Notes under the pieces: model-generated | The model's input: only the letters and a program-made list of their open reading frames with translations | The model's database searches: none | What the model was told of the DNA's origin: nothing | Source of the DNA: an uncultured Methanosarcinales archaeon | GTDB lineage: Archaea; Nanobdellota; Nanobdellia; Woesearchaeales; CAYMBN01 | Length of the DNA: 64,000 nt | NCBI GenBank assembly: GCA_964388715.1 | Contig: CAYMBN010000005.1 | Coordinates: forward strand, 3,434 to 67,433 | Reading direction: 5' to 3' | Made by a program: the position numbers and the translations under genes | Shown: piece by piece, positions 38,814 to 48,645 of the stretch | Position numbering within the stretch: position 1 is the first letter of the stretch | Layout of the letters: every line of letters starts with the position of its first letter

Positions 38814-40346
38814 TTATTTATTCCAAATCCTCATTTCTCTTAATTGTTTTAAATCATTCCTATACAAATCACGAATATCGGTTATTTTATAATACTCAGC
38901 AATAATACGTTCCATTCCTTGACCCCAAGCTAATACAGGCACATCATATCCTAACAAAGGCACCACAACTTCTGGCCTAAATATACCGGCTCCACCAAGT
39001 TCAACCCACTCATTTTTCACTGGATGTAAAACCTCCACTTCAACACTTGGTTCAGTATATGGAAAATGTGCTGGCCTTAATCTTACATCAGGATAACCCA
39101 TTTTCTTGTAAAATTCCCTTAAATAACCTTTAAGATGTTGAAAATTTGCATTAGGATCAATAACAATACCTTCAACCTGATAAAATTCAAATAGATGTTT
39201 CCAACTAAGTGTTTCATTTCTAAATACTTTTGCAACAGAAAAAAACTTTGCAGGTAAATCATCCTTCTTAAGAGCAGCAATTGTTTGTGCACTTAATACA
39301 GTTGTATGAGTTCTAAGTAAAAGTTCTTTAGCTTTTTCTTCATCAAATTTACATTGCCAACCCAAACTACCTGTCTTACCACCATTTTCATGAACATCTT
39401 TAATTTTACTGTAAAATTCTTTAGAAAACCGTCCATATTTAGGGTCAGATAAATAAAAAGTATCCTGCATATCCCTAGCAGGATGATCTTGTGGTACAAA
39501 CAAAGCATCCATATCCCAAAAAGCTGTTTGTACTAATGATCCAGTCATCTCCTTAAAACCTAAATCAAGCCATATTTGTTTAATATAATTCACAGCTTGG
39601 TTAACAAAATGTCGTTTTGCTGGATAAATTTTTGGAACATTAACACTTACATCATAGGCTCTAAATTTTTTCTTTTTCCATAAACCAGACTTAATAACTT
39701 TAGGAGTTAATCTCTCAATAACATCACCTTGTTTCATATCAAGTTTAACTAAAGTTTTACCTAGCTCAGTTAATTCAACAAATTTTTTCTTGATTAAATC
39801 AACTTTAATTATACTTCTTCTTTTCTTAAGCTCTTTTAATGCAAATTGTTCTTCTGACTTTAAATCTTTTACATCTACAGGAAAACTTTTATTAAGAAAT
39901 TGTTCTTCTAATAATTCTTTTTTCAATAATGATTCACCATAATCACTTAATTTAACCTTAATTTCTTTACCTGGTAAAACCATAACAGCAGCTTTTTTCT
40001 TTAATAAACCTAAAGAAACATTTACTTCATCTTTTTTGAGATTTGCTTTTTTTATAAGTTGTGATAATGTTAATTCTTTGTTTTTCAATGCAAGAATAAA
40101 TCTTCTCTCAGGCAATCCTTCTTTAAAATAAATTTCTCCATTTTTATCAAGTTGAACAATTTCCTTAACATTTTCTTTAATAGCAATTACTTTTTTATTT
40201 TGTAACCATTGTAATGCTCGCATAACTTCGACTTCTTTTAATTTAGTTATTTTTACTATGTCTTCAAAAGAAGAAAATTTATCTAAATGAATCAAAACAG
40301 TACGTTCCAACGGATGCAATGTTGATATTAATTTTTGTAAGTCCAT
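38814..40346 (-). CDS. pheS: phenylalanine-tRNA ligase alpha subunit
   Basis: Class II motifs (FRPEVVVPLLGYDVPVLAWGQGMERI). Confidence 0.85.
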   Translation of the reverse strand: MDLQKLISTLHPLERTVLIHLDKFSSFEDIVKITKLKEVEVMRALQWLQNKKVIAIKENVKEIVQLDKNGEIYFKEGLPERRFILALKNKELTLSQLIKKANLKKDEVNVSLGLLKKKAAVMVLPGKEIKVKLSDYGESLLKKELLEEQFLNKSFPVDVKDLKSEEQFALKELKKRRSIIKVDLIKKKFVELTELGKTLVKLDMKQGDVIERLTPKVIKSGLWKKKKFRAYDVSVNVPKIYPAKRHFVNQAVNYIKQIWLDLGFKEMTGSLVQTAFWDMDALFVPQDHPARDMQDTFYLSDPKYGRFSKEFYSKIKDVHENGGKTGSLGWQCKFDEEKAKELLLRTHTTVLSAQTIAALKKDDLPAKFFSVAKVFRNETLSWKHLFEFYQVEGIVIDPNANFQHLKGYLREFYKKMGYPDVRLRPAHFPYTEPSVEVEVLHPVKNEWVELGGAGIFRPEVVVPLLGYDVPVLAWGQGMERIIAEYYKITDIRDLYRNDLKQLREMRIWNK

Positions 40347-40397
40347 TTTAATATCTACCTAATTCATTTATTTAATAAAAAATAAAAAAGAAAAACC

Positions 40398-41204
40398 TTA
40401 TTTGGTAGGTTTCATATCTTTCCATGCTAGTTCAAACATGTTATTTAGCGCGCTGGCAAAAAATGGTGTATTTACCCATATACCTACGTCATATGTTGGA
40501 TGAACCTCTTTGTCGTCAAGCACCATAAAAAGTAATTCCTTCCCATCAACAACACAGAATCTTGCACTGATATTCTTCACGTTTCTTACTTCTGCAACAT
40601 TACCTACATCTTTAGCAGCAGCCATTGCTTCTTTTGTGACAGGAGCTGCTATTCTAATCTTAACACCACGTTTTTTTATTTTTTCAAAAGTTGGTTTCAA
40701 TCCTTCAACTTTTCTTATTAAACCTTGTGTGGTTGTCATAATGTTTACAGATTTTTCAGCATTTCTTATTGTTAATTCAAGATGATTATACAAATTATGT
40801 CTACCTCTTAATGATCCTGCTAGATCAGTTGGTTCAACAAGTTCAACACCTTGAGAATGTAAAGTATTTAATTCATTTAATACTTCAGTATCTTTTAGTT
40901 CATCTAATCTCTTTATCTTTTCATCAGCATTATTTCTCATATTCTTTTTTACTCTCTCAACAACTTCAGCAGGTGGAACAGCAATATACTTAATTGGTTT
41001 TCCAAGTTTCATTATTACAAAACCTTTTTTCTCAAGACTTTCAAGAACATCATAACTTCTTGATCTTGGAACATTTGCAATATCAGAAAGTTCACCTGCA
41101 GTTGAAACACCTCGACTTAATAATGCTGTCCAAATCTTTACTTCATACAGATTCAAAGAAAAAAATCGTCTTAATTTACTTAAAAATTCATCTTTAACTA
41201 TCAT
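40398..41204 (-). CDS. TrmB-family transcriptional regulator (wHTH plus C-terminal effector domain)
   Basis: LYEVKIWTALLSRGVSTAGELSDIANVPRSRSYDVLESLEKKG winged helix. Start placed at ATG 41204, preceded by GGGGGGAGG; the track ORF extends to 41330. Confidence 0.6.
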   Translation of the reverse strand: MIVKDEFLSKLRRFFSLNLYEVKIWTALLSRGVSTAGELSDIANVPRSRSYDVLESLEKKGFVIMKLGKPIKYIAVPPAEVVERVKKNMRNNADEKIKRLDELKDTEVLNELNTLHSQGVELVEPTDLAGSLRGRHNLYNHLELTIRNAEKSVNIMTTTQGLIRKVEGLKPTFEKIKKRGVKIRIAAPVTKEAMAAAKDVGNVAEVRNVKNISARFCVVDGKELLFMVLDDKEVHPTYDVGIWVNTPFFASALNNMFELAWKDMKPTK

Positions 41205-41465
41205 GTAATCCTCCCCCCTTTTGCTTTTAGGTGAGTTTTCACCTAAATTTTTAGTAAATATGTAGTACCACTTTAAATATGTTACGCTTTTGTATTCATC
41301 AGCAGTACTTTCATTTTTGCGGGATGACAATAAGTTTCAACTCTTGAGTTGAAACACTTACAAAATATAAACAATAACTAATATTTAAAGCTTTTGTAAG
41401 TCTAAAATATAAATTTAAAGAGTATAGAGCTTTAAAGAATTAAATTGTACACAACAGGGACAAAA

Positions 41466-42530
41466 TTAGTAATTTAATTTATATCTTAAAACAGCACCAA
41501 CCCCACCAAGGCCATCTAATTTTTTCCCAGCTTCATGATCAGAACTAATTATAAAGATGTGTCCTTTCATTTGATCAACAAGCCGCATAATATAATCAAT
41601 TTGAGCATAAGTATTTTGTTGTCTTGACTTTTGTATTAAAGTATCTGTGATCAATAATTTTTCAACAGCACCTGCATCAGCAACATTTCTTATTTGTTTT
41701 AATCCATATGCTGATTTCCCATTAACAGCAATCTGCTTAAAAAGTTCCTCAACAAGATTTACTTCCTTTGTAACTCTATCTTTTTTAAGAACTAATTGAA
41801 CTTCTGGTCTTTTAAGAACTTCATTAATTGCATTTTCTTTTACAGATGAACACGTTGCAAGTACAATTTTCTTTTTCAGTTCTTGATTTTTTAATTGTTT
41901 TATCAAATCTTCTTTAAAAAAAGCAGGACTTGCCACCACAATATTATTGGGATTATATTGTTCATTATATTTCTCAAGTAACTTAATAATTTCAGAATAA
42001 AAGGGATTCCTTATTTGTGTTTTCATTTCCTTTTTTTGCACTTCACCTTCAAAAGATGTCAAAAGTTGATAACCAAACTGTTTACTTAAAGCAAAATAAA
42101 CCTCTTCCCTATCAAGAACACATATTAATATCTTTGATTGTTTTAATGATGATGCTTCTTTTAAACGATCAATTTGATATTTCAAAAAATTATCCTTCTT
42201 CAAACCAATAACAGTATTTTCATCCAAATTAAATGTATGATAACTTGCTAAACTCACATCATCAGGTCCTTTTGTTATTTTACCAGAAACCCTCAATATA
42301 TTGGAATATTTATGAAATTCTATCTTTTCCACTTTAATTTCCAAAAAAATTGACCTCTTAGAAATAGCTGTTTTTCTATCTCCTTCTTTATTTATCTTAA
42401 TTTTTCTTATAGTTTTACCCCTAATTAAATCTCCAGGTTCAATTATATTGCTAAGGTACCATAAATCATCAAGATTAGTGATTTTAACCTTAACAACACC
42501 CTTCTTAAAATCCCTATTAATTATCTTCAT
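41466..42530 (-). CDS. pelA: Pelota/Dom34 mRNA surveillance protein
   Basis: N-terminal Sm-like domain, central domain and eRF1-like C-domain pattern (MKII…DDLWYLSNIIEPGDLI). Confidence 0.8.
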   Translation of the reverse strand: MKIINRDFKKGVVKVKITNLDDLWYLSNIIEPGDLIRGKTIRKIKINKEGDRKTAISKRSIFLEIKVEKIEFHKYSNILRVSGKITKGPDDVSLASYHTFNLDENTVIGLKKDNFLKYQIDRLKEASSLKQSKILICVLDREEVYFALSKQFGYQLLTSFEGEVQKKEMKTQIRNPFYSEIIKLLEKYNEQYNPNNIVVASPAFFKEDLIKQLKNQELKKKIVLATCSSVKENAINEVLKRPEVQLVLKKDRVTKEVNLVEELFKQIAVNGKSAYGLKQIRNVADAGAVEKLLITDTLIQKSRQQNTYAQIDYIMRLVDQMKGHIFIISSDHEAGKKLDGLGGVGAVLRYKLNY

Positions 42531-42614
42531 TTTACTCTATAAAAACAGAAACATATTTAAATATATATATTTATTCAATATTTAAGTAATATTCATACTA
42601 AAAAGGGTGATTAG

Positions 42615-43802
42615 ATGAAAAAAAAAGCTCAAGAAACAGGTGGTATGGCTGCAGCTCTTGTTGCAATAATTGCCTTATTAATTGTTTTATACATATTATT
42701 TCTTCCTCCTGAGGACAGGAGAGATATTTTAGAAGAAGGTAGTATTGATTCAGGTACAAGTAGTAGTGGTGATGACAACATTTCAATTCTACTTGAAAAA
42801 AATCCAGGAAAATTAACATATTTATCACAAAATAAAATTGAACATGACATAAACACAATCAATTTGTATAGTATGACAGAAGGCAAAATAATAAAAGAAG
42901 AATTATTAGTTAATCCACAAAGAAGTGTTTTCAACGAAATTAAAGCTGAAATTACCTTTAAATTGGATAATATTGAGAACACAGATAATGTACTTTTCAC
43001 ATTCAATGTGGACGAAGCTATCGGAAAACTTATTATTACATTAAATGGGAAACAGATTTTCAAAGAAAAGTCAGATTCTTCCACAATGGGCCCAATAAAA
43101 CTCTCAAAAGAATTATTAAATGTTGATAATACCCTTGAATTTGGAGTTTCAAGCCCAGGAATTGCATTTTGGAGAACAAATGAATACACTTTAAAAAATG
43201 TCAAAGTAATTGCTGACATAACAGATTTATCAGGATTAAAAAGTAAATCAACATTCTTTTTAACAGAAGAAGAAAAAGTTAATCTTGAAAAAGCTAGATT
43301 AAGATACTTTGCCAATTGTGAAGTTGGAAAAGTAGGTAAATTAAAAGTTTCAATAAACAGTTTCCAAATATTTAGTGGAATTCCAGATTGTGGTTCACTA
43401 AATCCAATTGAATTTTCTCCAGACTACTTAAACATACACGAAAACAATCTTGAATTTGAAGCTGACTCAGGAACCTATCTCCTTGACAGAATTCAAATAA
43501 AAACAGAATTAAAAGAATCAGTTGACTTGATATATGACTTTGATATCAACAAATCAACTTATGAAGATCTTGATGAAAATTATGTAAGAATTAAGTTTGA
43601 ATTTGCTGATGATACAGAAGATAAAGAAGCAGAAGTTATTGTCAATGGCCACAGAATGCAATTTAGTACAAGCGAGGAAAGTTACGAAAGAAACATCAAC
43701 AATTATGTTGAAGAAGATATTAACACAGTAAAAATAGTCCCAAAGAAGACAATGTACATCAGAAAGTTAATTGTTGAAGTTGTTGAAAACGACGAAGATT
43801 AA
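42615..43802 (+). CDS. N-terminally membrane-anchored hypothetical protein with S/G-rich linker and extracytoplasmic domain
   Basis: KKK…MAAALVAIIALLIVLYILFL signal-anchor, then a 330-aa domain with no recognised motifs; first gene of a five-gene same-strand cluster. Confidence 0.5.
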   Translation: MKKKAQETGGMAAALVAIIALLIVLYILFLPPEDRRDILEEGSIDSGTSSSGDDNISILLEKNPGKLTYLSQNKIEHDINTINLYSMTEGKIIKEELLVNPQRSVFNEIKAEITFKLDNIENTDNVLFTFNVDEAIGKLIITLNGKQIFKEKSDSSTMGPIKLSKELLNVDNTLEFGVSSPGIAFWRTNEYTLKNVKVIADITDLSGLKSKSTFFLTEEEKVNLEKARLRYFANCEVGKVGKLKVSINSFQIFSGIPDCGSLNPIEFSPDYLNIHENNLEFEADSGTYLLDRIQIKTELKESVDLIYDFDINKSTYEDLDENYVRIKFEFADDTEDKEAEVIVNGHRMQFSTSEESYERNINNYVEEDINTVKIVPKKTMYIRKLIVEVVENDED

Positions 43803-43838
43803 TTTTTTTTATTTTTTTGTGAAAGAAAGAGAGGGAAA

Positions 43839-46529
43839 ATGGATTTGTTTCTAAAAAGGATGGGGAAAAAGGCAGGGTTGTCTCCTAATGTTTTCTCATT
43901 TAAAAAAAAAGACAAAAACAAAAGTTTAACAGTAAAAGATATTGAAAAGTTAATAAAGTTAGCTATTTCTGAACTTGCAAAAATTCAAAAATCACATTCT
44001 AAAATAGAACAAGCACCAGCAAATATACAAAAACAATTTGATAATCTTAATAAAAGGATAACAGAACTTCAAACAATTAAATCACAACCAAATCTTCTTA
44101 ATAACAAAGCTGTTCAAAAAAATTTATCTATCTTACTCCAAGGTTTAGCTCAAAAACAAGAAAAAGAATTTGAGGAATTTGAAGAAAAAAGAGATAAAAA
44201 GATAAGAAAACAGAAACAAAAAGATGACCAAGCAAAACTAAAAGGAAAACTATCAGAAATTCATAAAGAAAGAGAACGTAGGAAAAGGGAAGGAACCTGG
44301 CAAGGTTATGGAAATGAACAAAAGGGGACTGAAGCTGTGATTAAAACATTACAAGAGAATAGAGATTTAGCATACAAATTAATGATGTTATCAAAAAAAG
44401 AAAACAAAAAAGAAGATATTAATTACTACAAAGAAAAATTTAACAAATTTCAAAGAGATTTACAAAAAAAACAAAAAGAATACAGAGATAAAGGTGGAAA
44501 AACAGGCATGCGTAAGCTAAAAGAAAAAGAACTTGAACTCGAAAAAGTTAAAATCAAAGAATTAGAAAAAGAAGGTGAATTAACAAAAGAAGAAAGTGAA
44601 GTTCTACAAAAAGAAATTGAAGAAAAAGAACAGAAAAAATCAAAATTTTGGGGTAAAGCTAAAGCATGGGCACGTATGGATGCTACTGAAGGTGTAAAAA
44701 AAGGTTCAAAAGCTTTTGGAGGTTGGCTTGGAAAAGGTATTGAAAAAGGTACTGGATTACAAGTTAATAAATGGGGCAATTATGCTGCAAACAAACTCGG
44801 AAAAGCTACAAATGCTATTAAAGGAGCTGGAAAAGCTCTTGATAAAGGAACAGATACTTATACACCAACACTTAAGAAATGGAGTAAGAACATTCTTAGT
44901 GGAATAACAGGTGCTGGGGGCCTTATGGGTGGTGTTGCACAAGAAGGTGTTAAAAACATGTTCAGTGGTGGCCATAATACACTTATATGGTTAGGATTAT
45001 TCTTATGGTGGATTGATTGGAAAGCGTATGCTTTTAGGATAGGTAATCAAGGAAGCTTTATCAAACTATTTGGTGTAAAACTATTTTGGCCAATTGGAAG
45101 TGTACAACTAGATTTCTTTGTATTAATCTTTTTAGTAGTATGGTTAGTATTAGCAGAAAGCCATTGGCAATCATTCTTTTACATTTTAACAGCATTTGCA
45201 CTAGAAGTATTCTTACCAGGATTAGGAAAACAATTTGGTTTATTAAGCACACCAATAGTTCAACACATATTTAACAATGCAATCTGGCCTTGGTGGTTGT
45301 TAATTATGGGTATTTTTTATAATAAAAGACGTGGTAATGAATCCAAATTAATAACTTTTGTTTTTGTTTCGTGGGCATTATTTTGGATATTTATAATTAT
45401 TTCATCAACATGGGTTGCAGGATTAGCAGACATGACAGAACAATTAACAATAGAAGAACAAAACGAATTACAAGATGCAATAACAGAAAGATGGTATGAT
45501 ACTTGGGGAAGTGACTTTAAAATGTTTTGGGATTGTTATATTAGTATGGATACAATAGTAGGAACCATATCAGGTGGAGAAACACCTGAACAATGTTTAA
45601 ATCGTTTGAAAAAAGAAGCAGAACAAACAGTTGAAGGTGAAGTAGACCAGGAAATAGAAGAATATGTTTCACTTAAAGTTGATTTCAAATCAGGACAAAA
45701 TACAATTTACTTTGCTAACCAACCAATCTCAGTTTTAATCCAAGGAAAAGATCCAACAGTCCAGGAAGATACAGAATCAACAGAAAAGATTCCACCTATT
45801 AAATTTGGTTGTGTATTTATTAAAGAAGGAAACAACCAAAACACAATTAATTGTAAACCTACTCCAGAAACACTTGAACTAGGAAAAGATGAAATAACAG
45901 AAACAATACTCTGCAAACCTGAAGAACCTTTAACTGATGGCAAGTACACTATAAAATTCTTTGCTAAATTAGAAAAAGTAAAAACAAATACTAATTTAAT
46001 AAGATTATTTACTGGCAAAAACAATTATGGAAAAATGACAATGGAAGAAAGAGCAAGAAAACTACTTCAAAAATTTCCTAGTACAGATTACAGTTCAAAA
46101 TCAGAACCAGAATTTGTAAGACTTAATCTAGCAACAGAAAAACCATTAATTCCTTTAGGAGAAAAAGGATTTGTATTAGAAAGTTCAGTTGAAAATATGG
46201 ATAATGGAAAAATATTAAAAATAAATGAAATTAATGTAGAATTACTCAAGTTAAAATTTAATGATCAAGAACATTCACTAGAAATCACAAATCAATGTTT
46301 ATATGAAGAACAAGATAACAGATTAGTTATAACAAACTTTGAAAGAGACTTCAGTTTGATCAAAAAAGGTAATCAAATCAAATTACCACCATGTAGATTA
46401 ACTGCAGCTAATTTTGAGGATTTAAACGTTGTAAGAGTAGTTAAGATTGATTCATTCATTAATTATGATTATGAAATCACAAAAAAACATGATTTTAATG
46501 TATTAGGAGGACAATCAGAAATAGAATGA
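43839..46529 (+). CDS. 896-aa hypothetical polytopic membrane protein: about 370-aa K/E-rich coiled-coil N-region, G/K/A-rich amphipathic segment, about 6 TM core, 370-aa C-terminal domain
   Basis: Composition and hydropathy read from the translation; no recognised catalytic motifs. Confidence 0.5.
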   Translation: MDLFLKRMGKKAGLSPNVFSFKKKDKNKSLTVKDIEKLIKLAISELAKIQKSHSKIEQAPANIQKQFDNLNKRITELQTIKSQPNLLNNKAVQKNLSILLQGLAQKQEKEFEEFEEKRDKKIRKQKQKDDQAKLKGKLSEIHKERERRKREGTWQGYGNEQKGTEAVIKTLQENRDLAYKLMMLSKKENKKEDINYYKEKFNKFQRDLQKKQKEYRDKGGKTGMRKLKEKELELEKVKIKELEKEGELTKEESEVLQKEIEEKEQKKSKFWGKAKAWARMDATEGVKKGSKAFGGWLGKGIEKGTGLQVNKWGNYAANKLGKATNAIKGAGKALDKGTDTYTPTLKKWSKNILSGITGAGGLMGGVAQEGVKNMFSGGHNTLIWLGLFLWWIDWKAYAFRIGNQGSFIKLFGVKLFWPIGSVQLDFFVLIFLVVWLVLAESHWQSFFYILTAFALEVFLPGLGKQFGLLSTPIVQHIFNNAIWPWWLLIMGIFYNKRRGNESKLITFVFVSWALFWIFIIISSTWVAGLADMTEQLTIEEQNELQDAITERWYDTWGSDFKMFWDCYISMDTIVGTISGGETPEQCLNRLKKEAEQTVEGEVDQEIEEYVSLKVDFKSGQNTIYFANQPISVLIQGKDPTVQEDTESTEKIPPIKFGCVFIKEGNNQNTINCKPTPETLELGKDEITETILCKPEEPLTDGKYTIKFFAKLEKVKTNTNLIRLFTGKNNYGKMTMEERARKLLQKFPSTDYSSKSEPEFVRLNLATEKPLIPLGEKGFVLESSVENMDNGKILKINEINVELLKLKFNDQEHSLEITNQCLYEEQDNRLVITNFERDFSLIKKGNQIKLPPCRLTAANFEDLNVVRVVKIDSFINYDYEITKKHDFNVLGGQSEIE

Positions 46530-47557
46530 AAAAAATAATATTTTTAGTTATAATTGTACTTTTAATAACTTCCTGTGGTAATTTAAAAGATTTTTATACA
46601 ACAGACAGAACAACCACCCCCACTATTACCGGTGACCAAGATATCACAAGACAAATTCCAGAAAGACCAAACTTTAGACAAGGCACTTCTGGACTTAAAC
46701 TCAACTTTGTTCAAAATAAACCAGAAAATGAAATTAAGTTTGGTGATTCATTTATCATTGCCCTTAAAATTCACAACCAAGGAGCAACAGACATAATAAA
46801 TGGAAAAATTAGTATTGAAGGATTACTTGATCAGCATGACGCAGTAAACATGGTAAAATCAGAATATGTTGACATCTATGAGTTCCAACCATTTGATGTA
46901 AAAGGAAAAAGCATGATATATTTTGATGGACAAAATATTGAATTAAAAGTCAAGGCAAAAGCAAAAAGCATTGATCCTAAAAAGGAGAAAACACCTGTGA
47001 GTTTTGAATTAATTGCAAAATATCCTTATGAAACAATAGCAGCCATCCCAATCTGTATTAATCTTGATTCAATTGAAGATAACACACATGAATGTAAAAG
47101 AAATACTATTTATACCTTATCAGGTGGTCAAGGTGCGCCTGTTGCTGTTACACAAATTGAACAAGATCTAATTGATAAAGGAGAAATCAGTGAAAAACAA
47201 AACAAAATCAATTTAAGATATACAATCACTGTTGAAGATAAAGGGAATATTGGTGAACGTATTGATGGTGATATAAATATCAAAGTATTCTTATCCAAAG
47301 ATAAAGAAATAACTCAACATTGTGAACCATTAAAAGTTAAAGAAAGAATTATACTGGATAAAGAAGGAAAACCACAAAAAGCAGAAACCAAAGTAAAAAA
47401 ATGGGTATGTGAACTTGAAGATGTTTATAATGATAAAGATATTCAAAAAACAGAATATACTTCCTTAATAAGAGTAGAATTAAAATATAATTATGTAACT
47501 ACTACCACCAAATCATTATATATTATAAAATCAAAGGATAGCACTGATACTACCTAA
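46526..47557 (+). CDS. lipobox lipoprotein, paralogue 1 of 3 (GQGAPVAVT family)
   Basis: Signal peptide plus LITSC lipobox; shares GLxxNF, CxnC…GQGAPVAVT, NxGEG, CEP and LKYNY blocks with the next two genes. Confidence 0.55.
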   Translation: MKKIIFLVIIVLLITSCGNLKDFYTTDRTTTPTITGDQDITRQIPERPNFRQGTSGLKLNFVQNKPENEIKFGDSFIIALKIHNQGATDIINGKISIEGLLDQHDAVNMVKSEYVDIYEFQPFDVKGKSMIYFDGQNIELKVKAKAKSIDPKKEKTPVSFELIAKYPYETIAAIPICINLDSIEDNTHECKRNTIYTLSGGQGAPVAVTQIEQDLIDKGEISEKQNKINLRYTITVEDKGNIGERIDGDINIKVFLSKDKEITQHCEPLKVKERIILDKEGKPQKAETKVKKWVCELEDVYNDKDIQKTEYTSLIRVELKYNYVTTTTKSLYIIKSKDSTDTT

Positions 47558-47604
47558 AGTATACCGAAAAACTTATATACTCAAAAAAAGAACACTATTG
47601 TAAA

Positions 47605-48627
47605 ATGAAACTTTTGAACAAGAGTGAAAAAGGTTTAGAAAAAAGGGATAGAAAACTTATTCTCTCTGTAATTCTTATAGCAACACTACTAATCACAGCT
47701 TGTGGCCAAATAGGAGATACTGGTGATTCCACAAGAGTAGAAGGTGCTGAAAGAGGTGGTGGCATTATTGCTGAAAAGGTTTACACAGGTACACAAGGAT
47801 TAACAATGAACTTCTTAGAAAATACTCCTCCTGATTTTATATATGAAGATGATAAAATGACTGTAGGTGTTGAAGTACGTAATTTAGGTGCACGTAAAAT
47901 TGAAAGCGAAAGTGATGGTTACCTTTACTTAAGCGGTTTTGATCAAAAATTATTTGGAGACCATAAACCAGATGGAGAAAGTTTAAGGGGTTTAGAACCA
48001 AAATCCGAATTTAATCCAGAAGGTGGATATACAGTGCGAACATTCACACTTGGTGAAGCAATACTTCCAAAAGGTGTAGATGTATATCCAGCCAAAATGA
48101 GAGTTACTTTGTGTTATAATTATCAAACAATTGCAAACCCAATTGTTTGTGTTGATCCAACAATATATGATCCAACCATTGTAAGAGCAAGTGAATGCCA
48201 AATGGGACAAGTTAATGTTGGTAATGGTCAAGGTGCACCTGTTGCTGTAACAGCTGTACAAGAAAAAATGGTTGGAAAGGATAAAGTACTATTCACAATC
48301 CAAATAAGCAATGTTGGTGAAGGAACAGTATTATTAAATCAAGGAGATTGCCAACCAGGTGCAAAAATAGATAGAGAAGATTTAAACAAATTACATGTTG
48401 ATTTTATTAGGTTCAAAGGAGTTAATATTAGGGATAATTGTGAACCAATTAAAAATATGGAAACAAAATATGAATTAAGATTAACAGATGGAACAGCAAC
48501 ATTATATTGTAATGCTGATATCGCACGAGATACATCTGCTTACACAACCCCATTAGAAATTGGATTAGGATATGCTTATACTAATTATATTGAAAAACAG
48601 GTAGAAGTAAGAAATTTACCTGAATAA
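47605..48627 (+). CDS. lipobox lipoprotein, paralogue 2 of 3
   Basis: LITAC lipobox; same conserved blocks (NGQGAPVAVTAVQEK, SNVGEGT, DNCEP, LGYAY). Confidence 0.55.
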   Translation: MKLLNKSEKGLEKRDRKLILSVILIATLLITACGQIGDTGDSTRVEGAERGGGIIAEKVYTGTQGLTMNFLENTPPDFIYEDDKMTVGVEVRNLGARKIESESDGYLYLSGFDQKLFGDHKPDGESLRGLEPKSEFNPEGGYTVRTFTLGEAILPKGVDVYPAKMRVTLCYNYQTIANPIVCVDPTIYDPTIVRASECQMGQVNVGNGQGAPVAVTAVQEKMVGKDKVLFTIQISNVGEGTVLLNQGDCQPGAKIDREDLNKLHVDFIRFKGVNIRDNCEPIKNMETKYELRLTDGTATLYCNADIARDTSAYTTPLEIGLGYAYTNYIEKQVEVRNLPE

Positions 48628-48645
48628 AAAGGAGGGTAATTTAAA

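Noticed and set aside
40510-41197. Three + strand ORFs (91, 74 and 67 aa)
   Set aside because: They are antisense to the TrmB-family regulator gene and have repetitive, low-complexity translations.
42615-42700. Class III (type IV pilin-like) signal peptide in the 395-aa protein (…QETGG|MAAALVAIIAL…)
   Set aside because: The cleavage-site context is ambiguous, and there is no pilus ATPase or platform gene nearby. It is treated as a signal anchor.
42629-43315. 228-aa minus-strand ORF
   Set aside because: Antisense to the 395-aa signal-anchored protein that heads a same-strand operon. The S/L/F-rich translation is typical of the antisense of K/E/N-rich genes.
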